A stretch of DNA of 64,000 nucleotides from Flaccisagitta enflata (lineage: Eukaryota). The stretch spans positions 40,672,001 through 40,736,000 of the forward strand of contig OZ231126.1 of NCBI GenBank assembly GCA_965153355.1. The letters are read 5' to 3'. Positions 1-11,543 of this stretch are shown piece by piece (position 1 is the first letter of the stretch; every line of letters starts with the position of its first letter). The translations under genes were made by a program, and so were the position numbers. The notes under the pieces are model-generated. The model did not search any database and was not told the origin of the DNA. It worked only from the letters and a program-made list of their open reading frames with translations.

Positions 1-974
1 CTCACTATCCTAGCTTCTGATATTTCCCCTCCATCCTTCTCCTTGCATCCTGTCTTCTACGTTCTATATCGTATAGCCTCACTCTTCCTATCTCCCTTCT
101 CACTCTATCCAAAAATCACATGGACAACGTTATTTTGGTCTTTGCAAACAGAGAGATATAAATAAAAGATACTGATGAAACAAACTGGACAATTAGAGAT
201 AAGGAAAAAATATTAGTTGCGAACTCATTAGAAAATCTGCGATATGGAAGAGCAATGAAAGAGGAAGTGGGCGAGGAAAAATGAATAATGAGAAATGGGA
301 GAGTAGAAGGAGAAGGAGAAGTAAGATAAGGTTAAAAAGAAGATAACGGAATGAAAGAGAGGCAGAGAAAGTTCATGTTGAGGCAAAAGTGAGTACCGTA
401 GGAGGGTATAGAGGAGCGGTACAAAAAAAGGATCGAAGGTGCAAAATAATGATCAAAGGAGGAATGGGGGAAAAGCAAGATGGAGAGAAAATAAAGGGTA
501 GAGCAGACTGATACTCAAAGGAGGAGGAGTTAAGTGATATAATTGCAAGAGCAGTAGAAGAGAACGATATGCAAGGGGATGGAGGGGGGAGGGGGAATGG
601 GAAAAGAAAGAATTAGGGGTGATAGCAAAAGAGAGTATGGAAGAAAAGAGTAGAAAGAAGTGGGACAATAACGATGAGATAAAGAAAGGAAAGAATCGTT
701 GGAAGGAGGAAAAGACCAAGGGAAAAAATAAAGAAGGGATTGCTTACGAAGATAAAAAGGAAATAATTACATAGTTGTCTCAAATGACTGTCATTCCATT
801 TTGTTCTTTTTTCAATTTATACTCTTTGCGAAATGATGTCATTAAATCAATTATATAGGATAAGGAAGAGGAAGTCGTAATAAAGGGAGAGACAATAGAA
901 ATAGTTGCACAAGCGTTAGTTGGTCAGCGTTATCTGTTGCCCCTAGGTCAGTAAATGTTTTTATGTGGTAGTGT

Positions 975-1637
<663 letters not shown>

Positions 1638-1972
1638 AGAAAGGAGAAAAACTGTGGATGATGGGATTTATGTCAATTATGAATTACGTGAGGCGAATGG
1701 AGGAGCCATCCCACAAGTCCCAGCGCAATCTGCTCAACTCACAAGAGCCGGGCACTTGGAGTTGATTGCATTGAAAATGAAGCACATTTGCTGAATACAA
1801 TACGCTGACTACACTGTTGAAATCAAAAACACGGAAAATATACCGAGCTCTCAGTTTCTCAGTTGGGCTATTCGAAAGTATTGGAAGCGGTCCCGGTAGG
1901 CTCAGACAAAAATGTCACTGAAATAGGAACGCTGAACACCTAAAACTTGCGACTTTTTCGTGACCAGAAAAA

Positions 1973-2186
1973 AACAAGGCCGGATACACGGCTACCCTAG
2001 TCGCGTGCGGGTGGGCAGGAGCAGCGCTGGAGAAGGTCACTTGGGCATCTGTGCAGGAGCCGTATGCTCAAAAAGCTCAAAAACGCCAAAAAAGCAAAAA
2101 GGGGACCAACCGACCAACCGATCGACGGACCAACCGACCGACGGATCGGCATTGCGGGGTGTAGAAGCGCGTAGCACGCGACTAAA
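1973..2186 (-). mobile_element. HINE family A (DINE-1-like non-autonomous Helentron)
   Basis: AACAAGGCCGGATACACGGC end hairpin, AGTCGCGTG subTIR, (GACC)n tract, GCGTAGCACGCGACTAAAAA terminus; reverse complement of 30231-30427. Confidence 0.8.
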
Positions 2187-2447
2187 AAGAGCGCTAAGAA
2201 ATTGTTTCAATTGCATAAGTTTGGTTGGTTAGTATTTTTTTTTAATCAATTGCCCTGCCCAGCCCATCTGATTATGTGGTTCCTAAGCTACAAGTAATAA
2301 AGCCGTCAAAAATGATACAGCCAAATTTTATTTCAAGCCGTATGATGCCCATTGCCGCTTTTTAATCTTTTAAGAATGAGTCCATCCTACCACCGCTGCA
2401 ACCACCGCTTTAATTCAGTTCTTTGTGATAAATCAAAGGATAACCAT

Positions 2448-2667
<220 letters not shown>

Positions 2668-3200
2668 GTCCATAGATAAAGCCTTCTTCCATCTCTTGAG
2701 ACAAAGAGCCATAAGGAAGTGACAGACGCTGGCGAGTGTATCGTTCATGCTGTCTATGTATCAATAAAGTTGTTTGGTCTGTTTGTTGATCACATCTTGA
2801 TGAGGTGTCACACCACTTTAACGGACCTAAGAATAACGGAAATAAGCCTATAGTAATCGGAACAAAATACTAATTTTATTTTCTATTTTTATTCTTCTTT
2901 CTTATATTAGCAATAACAGGAATCCATCTCAAACAAATAAGATGTCAATTCCTTGACATTCGTTATTGTGGGGTTTGACCGTATTTGGCTCTCAACAGCC
3001 GTTTTGGCGCAGCTGCCTCTATAATTTGGCGTTATTGTTTTAAAAAATCTCTTTATTGAAGGTACTTCAACGATGGTTCATTGCTTATTTCGTTTGGAAC
3101 TTTTACACTAACAATCACTTATTCGTTCATGCAATCATCAAATGGTTTATTCACGACAGCATGAACATTCTGTGTTCATTTTATTTTTATTCATTTTTTT

Positions 3201-3405
3201 TTAGTCGCGTGCTACGCGACACTACACCCCGCTTTGTCCGTCCGTCGGTCGGTCGGTTGGTTGGTCGGTCGGTCGGTCCCCATTTTACTTTTTTTATGTT
3301 TTTGCAGTCTTTGGCCACACTGCACTTGCCCAAGTCCTTTTGTAACTCAAATACTGCCCCTGCCCACCCGCACGCGCCTAAGGTAGTCGTGTATCCGGCC
3401 TTGTT
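3201..3405 (+). mobile_element. HINE family A copy
   Basis: TTAGTCGCGTGCTACGCGAC start, (GTCG)n tract, GTGTATCCGGCCTTGTT end, T-run flanks. Confidence 0.8.
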
Positions 3406-3564
3406 TTTTTTTTGCAGCCGTGCCTCCCATGTTGATTCTCTGCAGATGAGGACATTCCTTTGTCTTTTTGACGGGTTCCCTCAAGGGCAAGGCTGAAACG
3501 GTAAGGAGATGGTGTCAAAAGTGGCTATAGACTTTCGTCAGTGAAAGGAAACCCAAGGGAAACA

Positions 3565-3838
3565 ATATGCTCTTATTGTACTTTTGCATGTGCTCATTTG
3601 AGGATTGTGACCGATTTCAATTCGAGCTAATTGCGCATTTGTGCAGGTTTACATCCATTTTCATTGTGCGCCAATTGTACTTTCATGTGTGCACATTTAA
3701 GGGATGTCCCCATTTTCAATATGCGCTAATGATATTTTCGTGTGTGCTCATTTGAGGTTTGTGCCCATTTTCTATGTGTACTCATTGTACTTTCGTGTGT
3801 GAATATATAAGATTTGTGCCCATTTTCAATTCGTGCTT
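3565..3838. repeat. Degenerate ~55-bp tandem repeat, about 5 units
   Basis: Recurring TTGTACTTT..TGTGCTCATTTGAGG..TGTGCCCATTTTCAAT units. Confidence 0.75.
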
Positions 3839-4019
3839 GCGTGCGAAAGAACAACAATGGAAAAGTGAAACACCAGAAGGCATAACAAACCTCAGATATG
3901 GCCGAGATAGGAAATCGGCAAACGAAATCTAGATAAACATTCCCTCCACTGACTCCCCTCTCTGTCTTTGTCTATTTGTCTTTGACTATTTGTCTGTGTC
4001 TATTTGTCTGTGTCTTTGT

Positions 4020-4072
<53 letters not shown>

Positions 4073-5091
4073 GTACAATATAGTTGCGGACGGGTGGGAA
4101 GGTGCATAAAATACCCCCTTCCCCACATCATCACACGCGGGGTATCTCAGTTGCCACTTGTGCGTTGTGGACCAACGGACGGATGGATGGGTCAACAAAC
4201 AGACCAATGTACAGACCAACGGACGTCTCTCATAGAGGCGCTAGTCCGTGAATAAACAGGGCATGAAATTGTTCCATGTCACAGACTTAATGGAAGAAAT
4301 TTGCTCACGCAGTTTCTAACTGCAGATTTAGAATGTGTATGTTTGAAGTTTCGACGGGGATAAAATGGATAGTAACATAGGGAAACTAGGAATTCTGCAC
4401 TTCACTCATAAGATGGTCCTCGCATCCTGAAGTAAAACAATATACTAAAGACTGAAAAGCATTTTATAATTCAGCAGGTTTATTTATGAAAGCTAAAGAT
4501 ATGTTGAGTGGGTAAAAATGAGCCAAGAGAAATTGTTACCGACAGATAAGTGACAGACGCACCCGAGCTTTTTAAAAAGTTCTGTGACTTATCAATCTTC
4601 ATTTATTATTTTCGGGGTTACGAACAAATATACTGACAGACGGACCAGGGCTTTTTCAAAAGTTTCGTGACGTATCAATGTTTACATCCATTTTCGAGGT
4701 ACGGCAGTGAGGTTCATCGTCCGTAGCAGGTGTGTTTGGATGCCCATGATAACGCAGGAGCAAAACCTCATTGGAAATTGTTTTTCCTTTTTTTCTTTTT
4801 TTCAAAAAAACAAAAAAGTATTCGCCGCTAAAAGATTCAAATGATAGCACGTTTTCACCTCTCCTATGGTATTAAGCTGGCCAACCTGTAAAGATTAACC
4901 CATGCCCACATCCTAAGCGTGTCTCAATATTAGCCCACTTAGATCCCATCACGAATACATTCTTAGTAGACATACCATCAAATCTTTTCCCCTAGCCAAC
5001 ACAATCTCAGTAAACCAACCTATGTTCTCCTTCTTTTCCTCTCCTTCCTGTTAGTGAACGAGCACATACTCCCTTTCCTCTCCATGAAAAG

Positions 5092-5256
5092 TAGGGATGT
5101 AGAAGCGATTGACCACTATATTTTGGCGGGTGGGCTAGCTTCTAGTATTTGAATCACAAAATGGAAGCGGAAGCGGAAGCGGAAGCGGAAGCGGAAGCGG
5201 AAGCGGAAGTGGAAGCGGTAGAAGCGGCATGAAAATCGACCACTTCCACATCCCTA
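5092..5256. mobile_element. hAT-type MITE with internal (GGAAGC)n
   Basis: TIRs TAGGGATGTAGAAGCGATTGA / TCGACCACTTCCACATCCCTA; flanks ATGAAAAG / ATGAAGAG (8-bp TSD, 1 mismatch). Confidence 0.8.
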
Positions 5257-5723
5257 ATGAAGAGCATGTGTACTTCTTGTTGGCCCAGTGAGATGTCAAT
5301 TTTCCTGCAGTAGTCAAAAGGTGTAAAGAGACTATAGACTAAAGTTAAGTAAAAAAAACATCTTACCAGATCAACCAGAATAATCACTTTCATGATTTAA
5401 TTTGAAATGTTGCAGATGCAAATAAATTGTCAAAAAGATGATAGCTTCCCATTATCTTCTGATCTTTACCATACTAAGTTACTAACACATTCAGTCCATA
5501 CTCCCGTTCTCCTATTTTGCGCCTTTTCATCCTAATCCCTCTGCAGTGAGACTTTTCCTTCTCCCTCGCCAACAGATTCTCGGTCGGCATCTCGCCGTCA
5601 ATCAGGAAATGAGCCAACGGAAAATGGTGATTATAAACGTGATGATATGAAAGATAACAAGAGGATGGGGGAAAAGGCGATTATAGGAATGATACTATAA
5701 AAGATGACAGGGGAATCGAGGGA

Positions 5724-6076
5724 AACAAGGCCAGAAACACGGGCCAAAACGGTGCGCCTGGCATTGTTTGTTCCTAAACCCAACACTACTCCCTAGCTCG
5801 ATGCTCCTACCCCTATCTCAAGCTCTATGAAACCTGTCCCAAGCTATATCAGACCTATCCCAAGCTTCATCTGGTCAGATCTAGCCGAAGTTTATTTTGA
5901 TGATAAATGCAATGATGAAGAACATGAATGATGAACGATATGAGTTTTTTTGTAATTTCAAAGATTTACTCCGATTTTTCACTCAAGTATGACTGACCAA
6001 TGGACCGACCAACGGATTGACCAACCGACCAACCGACAGAGAGAGTCTCTTATAGAGGTGCGTTGGCGCACCTAAA
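5724..6076 (-). mobile_element. HINE family A variant (GGTGCGCC subTIR)
   Basis: AACAAGGCC end, CGGTGCGCC subTIR, (GACC)n tract, AGGTGCGTTGGCGCACCTAAA terminus. Confidence 0.65.
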
Positions 6077-7304
6077 TATCTATTTCATGTCATCATGATG
6101 ATATAAGGTAGGGCAATCGAAACAGTGTGATGATTGCTATCAAAATGATTACGTATAACAAAACCTTGCCCTGAATGCGGAAAAGTTTAAAGCGTAACCA
6201 ACATGTCAAGACACTTAAAGGAGGAGTTAACCTCTGACGAAGTGTATATGCACTTATCAAGGAATATAAAATGATAACGGAAGAATGGGGTAAAGGCATT
6301 TTGTCAAATCATTAAGAGTATAAATATCAAAAATGTCCCTGGAACCACAAGCGCATGTATATTCAAGCGTGTACGCTTGCTTACGCGTGCACATGTACAT
6401 GTAAACTAGAAATCTACACGTTTTCAAATTGTTACTCTTCCCCCCTTTTTCTTGCCAAGTTTTCAAGCGGAAGGGGAGGGGATTGAATCAAATTTGCATG
6501 ACAAAAGAAGACGACAATAAAAAGGAAGGAATATTGTTTGACTGCCATCCTTTTGGTACGAATGTGCTTCAATGTGAGTGTTCACTCTAAATATTTTTTA
6601 CGTTAATCAAAGAGAAACACAATACAAAGCCCCCTTCAAGAAAAGAATTTTTTGATTTTTAGCTATTTCAATGAGACACTGTCCCATTGGGAGGTTCATA
6701 TCAGGGGATGTTCGTGAAAACCCCAAAAGCCATTACGTAAAAGAAGTTGTCGACTGACAGACTCAGAGACAATGATAATGGTTAACATCTGTGTCACGTA
6801 TCGTAACTTTCGCTTTAATCTATATAGCAACAGAAAATGATAGAAAATGAGAATACTTTGCATTTGCAATTACAGATCAAATTATTCCCTTGATGCATCT
6901 ATGAAAACGAACACCATTCAAAACCATAAACAACAAAGTAACTAATTTGTCGTTTTATTCTAGGTTTTTAGGGCTCTACCATTTACGAATTACAGTTGCT
7001 TCACGCTACAAAATTTTTCGAGATTTCTAGAGATGCCTGGAAATTTCGAAAATTCAAACGTAACTGGAGTAACATTTTTATCTGCGTTTCAACAGTTAGT
7101 ATCGAGTTCTATCCAGGTGTTTGCAGTGAGTTTGACTAAGCCCGGAGACCGCATGAACATATCCAAACAAATCTCTCTTTATGAAAATGCTCAATATGGA
7201 AATGCAGAATTCTGAATTACAACTTGAATGATTTTCTTTCCTTCATCCTTCTTTTTTTTCTTCTTCCCCATCCTTACACACAGACACACGAACAAACACG
7301 AGCA

Positions 7305-7501
<197 letters not shown>

Positions 7502-8094
7502 GCTGTAGTGTAATGAGTAATTCACAGCACATTGATCTCATGGCCCATTTTTATTACGGTTATGGGTCTTAGGAATGGGTAAAAACTCTTTTTTCATTAC
7601 TAGGGGTAGTTTTAGGTACTCGCGATTTGACCGTAATATGCAAATGAGATTTTGCTGATTTTGCCTTTATTTCATTATTAGCGTATATTTCGAAAGACAA
7701 TGAAAATTCAAAAATTCATCAAAAAGGTGTTTTTTTTTTGGGGGGGGGAAGCATACATCATACAAGAATGAAATAGAAAACTTTATGATATCTCAGGGAG
7801 TAGGAGAGGAAGGAGGAGGAGGAGGAGGAGGAGGAGGAAGAGGCGGCAGAAGTGGCGGCACATTGAAATCTCTCTCTTTGGGCGATTTCCTTACAGATAA
7901 AAACAAGTTTTACAAGCTCTAGGCTTTTATGTGCTTCCCTCTACTTCTTTGACAGGTAATGGTTGGTTGATTAGTTGGTTGATTAGTCGGTCAGTTGGTT
8001 AGTCTGTTGGTTGGTCAGTCAATTCATCGTTGATTCATGAACATGTTTAAATTCCACAAAATGGTCATTTCTGGCGTTATACTTGTTCATGTTA

Positions 8095-8548
8095 CCTATC
8101 GTCATGCCCTCCCGTAGAATACTGAGGGACATTTTTATTCGTCCATGCGTCTGTCCGTTCGTTCATCCCCCCTCATCTTGACTTTTCAGGCCCAAAATCA
8201 GGCCTTTCAAACCTATAATCAGGTCACTCAGGCTACAAATTGGGCCTCTCGAGTCTCAAATCGGACCTCTAAGGCGTCAAATCAGCCCTCAGACATCAAT
8301 CTGCTCTTTCAGGCCTGAAATTTGCCCTCACAGGCCCTGAATCAGCCCTCTTAGACTTTAAATTAGACCTCTCCAGTCTCTTATAAGCCCTCTCAGGCCT
8401 CTAATTATCCCTCTTGCTCCACCCACTCGGGCATCAAATCAGGGAAGGACAGACGGACTGACAGACAAATGAACGAACAAACGAAAGTTCCCCTGTGTTC
8501 TGCGGGACTTTGTCTCCTTTGGGGCCGCTGCCCTGCTTCCCCCCTCAA
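8095..8548 (+). mobile_element. HINE family B degenerate copy
   Basis: ~21-bp CAGGCCCAAAATCAGCCCTCT-like repeats and CCTTTGGGGCCGCTGCCCTGCT end, shared with 56204-56771. Confidence 0.6.
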
Positions 8549-8872
8549 CAACTGGACAATTAAAGGTCCCTTTGAACTCAATGGAGCTTTAGCCACCGCC
8601 CTGAGTTCAATGGAGCTTTAGCCACCGCCCTGAGTTCAATTGCTGATGGCTACCCCACCCAGAAAAATCAAAACGGTCAACTGCTTTCAGATTCTATCTT
8701 TTTAGGCCAAAATATTGTTTTATCAATCAAAAATTTTTAAATCTAAAATTTTTAAATTTGCCCTCTATGGCCTAAAAATTGTCCCATAAGGATCCCCATA
8801 AGACTGTTCAACCTTGAATCAGGCCCCACAGGCATCAAATTACTCTGATTTAAAACCAGTTAAAGAGGTGCT

Positions 8873-8882
8873 NNNNNNNNNN
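8873..8882. other. Assembly gap (10 N)
   Basis: Run of n. Confidence 1.
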
Positions 8883-8999
8883 AATTTGAAAAAAATTTGA
8901 TGATACTTGTAAAAGCTAGTCTAGTCTATTCTATTTCATTCTATTCTATCATATTTTATTTCACCCAGGCACGAGGTCAGTTCTAAAACAATTATTATA

Positions 9000-10718
9000 T
9001 CACATTGTCACATTGACATCCACTCTACTGAACCTGTAATTGCAGAGGGACTACTTGCCATATACAACTTGGACCAAATGTTCCTTTTGCCTCAACTTTA
9101 CCCAAAAACATGCAGGGGAATCAGGGTCATTGCCGCCAATCTCTCGGCAAATAAAGCATCGGTGGACCAGTGGGAAATCCCGACATTCTTATATGTATAG
9201 CAAATGGCTTCATTCATGTGCCTGCTTTCCAGGGCATTTCAAATTTCAACATGAACACGACTACCTTTTCATTGGATCTCCACCACGACTTCTTCCTTGT
9301 CTGTCAAGTATGTTGGATGACTACCATTGACCCATGATTCAAATCGTCCTTATTTCCAGTTTTACATGTGAAAGAGAACAGTACGTATTTGCAATAAAGT
9401 CGCACACATGCGCACATTAATTGTACTGTTCAGCACTTGACTTCATCCCAAAAAAGATACTGTCCGAATATTAATCATACATACATGATACAGACAGAGC
9501 AATTCGGCTGGCAGGCCCTTTGTCCCTGCAAAGTTTTTCATTTGGCTAACAATTTCATTTTACAGTTCTTAATGCACAAAGAACAATCAAGCAAGCAAGC
9601 AAGCAAGCAATCATTGACTATGTTTTATGTAAAAACTGCTAATTGGTTAACAATAACCAACAGTGAATGGAACAGGAATAAACAAGAGATGATGAAAAGT
9701 ATACTACCTATAACTTTTAAATCTGTCAGTTTTCTCTACTTGTTACTTTTATCTGCTTTCCAAACGTCGAATGATGAAATTGACGGCAGCAGCTACCGAA
9801 AAAAATTAAAAAGCCGCGGAATAAACAACGACAATAGCCATTAACGGAGTGAAATCAGACAATTAATGAATGCAATCTAACCTCTAAAACCCGGATGTTC
9901 CCAAAGCCGATGTAGCGCTAATCCAACGCCACCATACGCCCCGATCAAGACAAGCTCACGGAAGGACAGTTCCACCACCATCTGGTGGCCACGGAAATTA
10001 ACGGATATGATCATGTTTAACTCTGAAAGCTAAAGCATAATAATAAGAATGCTAAGAAGACGAACACCATATGTTTACAACGGAACGGGTGGCGGTTTTA
10101 ACGAGCTAATTCGTGTGGTATTGGGAGGCGCCAATGAAACCGAGGAGCTGGACGCGTTGGACGAGTTGGACCGAGATGCTTGGGACGCGTTTCAAAAAAT
10201 TTCATAAAGTCCTGAGCGTCTTCTTCATATTTGGTCGCCGCCGATTTCTTCCCACCTCTTCCCCCCCTCGCCGACTTCCCTCCCCGCTTCCTTCCCCCCT
10301 CCCCCACCGCTGATTTCGCCGACGATTTATTCGGAGTCGCAGTGGTCCCATGGGGTTTAGCAGTCGAAGTCGCCTTGTTTGGTGTTCTGGGTTTGGAAGG
10401 CCGACCCGCCAACTTCTTCTTTGCTTGTTTTGTGTCCTTTCCCGCACCACCCTCCTCATCGTCGTCATCCTCCACCACCTTAGCGGACGATCTTTTTTCT
10501 CGGGTAGAAAGACGAAACGATGCGCGTCTTTCATGGTCGTCGGCGAACCGGTATACCGAGTCTGATTCCACCTCGTCGTCCATATCGTCTCCGACGCTGG
10601 GACGGCGAGAAGAAACGCTGGGAGTGTGAGAAGAGACGCTGGAGGAGCGAGAAGAACCGTTGGAACGCCGGGTCGACAACGTTGAGCCATCGTCGTCAAC
10701 GAGAGGAATTTCCACCAT
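9000..10718 (-). pseudogene. Island gene 2: multi-exon, apparently decaying gene with low-complexity acidic/basic N-terminus and C-terminal PHD-finger-like motif
   Basis: ORF MVEIPLVDDDG... from 10718, then phase-compatible GT-AG exons 10022-9882 (LNMIISVNFRGHQMVVELSF...HPGFR), 9525-9485 (GTKGLPAELLCLYH), from 9425, 9300-9265, 9187-9102 (CRDFPLVHRCFICREIGGNDPDSPACFW) and from 9033 (VQ*SGC). Several in-frame stops in the 3' exons; first donor uncertain. Confidence 0.5.
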
Positions 10719-10842
10719 GTCTGTACCTAACGACAATGGTGAAACATTGATTAATACATTTTGTTTTTGTTTTGGTATTACATGGTGGACAAAATAGTTT
10801 GTAGTCGTGCAAAATCTAATTAATGTTTTTATTTATCTTATA

Positions 10843-10879
10843 CGCGACTGAGGGAAGTTTGGGCAATACAATTTTTATA
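10843..10879 (-). promoter_or_regulatory. TATA box + initiator core promoter of island gene 2
   Basis: Minus-strand TATAAAAA starts at 10879, exactly 30 nt upstream of the A (10849) of TCAGTC, which matches the Drosophila-type Inr TCAKTY. Confidence 0.6.
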
Positions 10880-10897
10880 TTGGGCACGACAACCATT

Positions 10898-11040
10898 CCA
10901 TCGCACGCGTCGGGTTCAATACAACCATTGTATTGCGCAAGTCGTGCTGATTTAGACGATAGAATTGCACGAGTCGTGCTAAATACAACCATTGTATTGC
11001 GCAAGTCTTTCTGAGTAAAACGATAGTATTGCACGAGTGA
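10898..11040. repeat. 64-bp-period repeat upstream of island gene 2
   Basis: AATACAACCATTGTATTGCGCAAGTC at 10918 and 10982; CGATAG(A/T)ATTGCACGAGT twice. Confidence 0.85.
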
Positions 11041-11084
11041 ATCAGCACGTCCATAACATGAACGTCTGATTAATAATTCTAACA

Positions 11085-11543
11085 ATATAATTAGTAATTA
11101 ATAATACTAAATAATTCATAATTCATTATATTATCTTTATTCATACTGTCCTTGTTAGAATTATAAATTTTTAATGATTAATTATTACTTCTTGATTATC
11201 AATTATTAATTATGAATTATTAAATATTAATTATTAATATTAATTCTAAAATTTTAATTAGTAATTATTAATTATAAGTTGTTAATTGATTAATTAATTA
11301 CTAAATTATTGATCATTAATTATCAGTTATTAATTATAAATTATTAATTATCAATTCCTAATTCTTAATTGTTGATTGATTAATTAATCAATTATTGACT
11401 ATGAATTATTAATTAATCAATAAACAATTAATAATTAAGAATTGATAATTAATAAGTAATAATTATTAATAAAAAATTAATAATTCTAACAATGACAGTA
11501 TCAATAATGATAATATTAATACTAGTAATAATAATACTTTTAT
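11085..11543. repeat. Extremely AT-rich intergenic foldback
   Basis: ATACTGTCCTTGTTAGAATTAT (11143) is inverted to ATAATTCTAACAATGACAGTAT (ends 11501); interior is TAATTA-rich. Confidence 0.7.

Noticed and set aside
240-760. Purine-rich stretch with a hydrophobic minus-strand ORF
   Set aside because: Compositional artefact of low-complexity sequence.
8560-8645. TTAA|AGGTCCC as a Kolobok-like left end of the island
   Set aside because: No matching right terminus found, and the N gap breaks linkage.
10816-11085. 89-aa ORF as a further exon of gene 1
   Set aside because: Phase-compatible with a donor at 11575, but it overlaps the repeat array and the TATA/Inr, and gene 1 already has stop plus AATAAA; not fully excluded.
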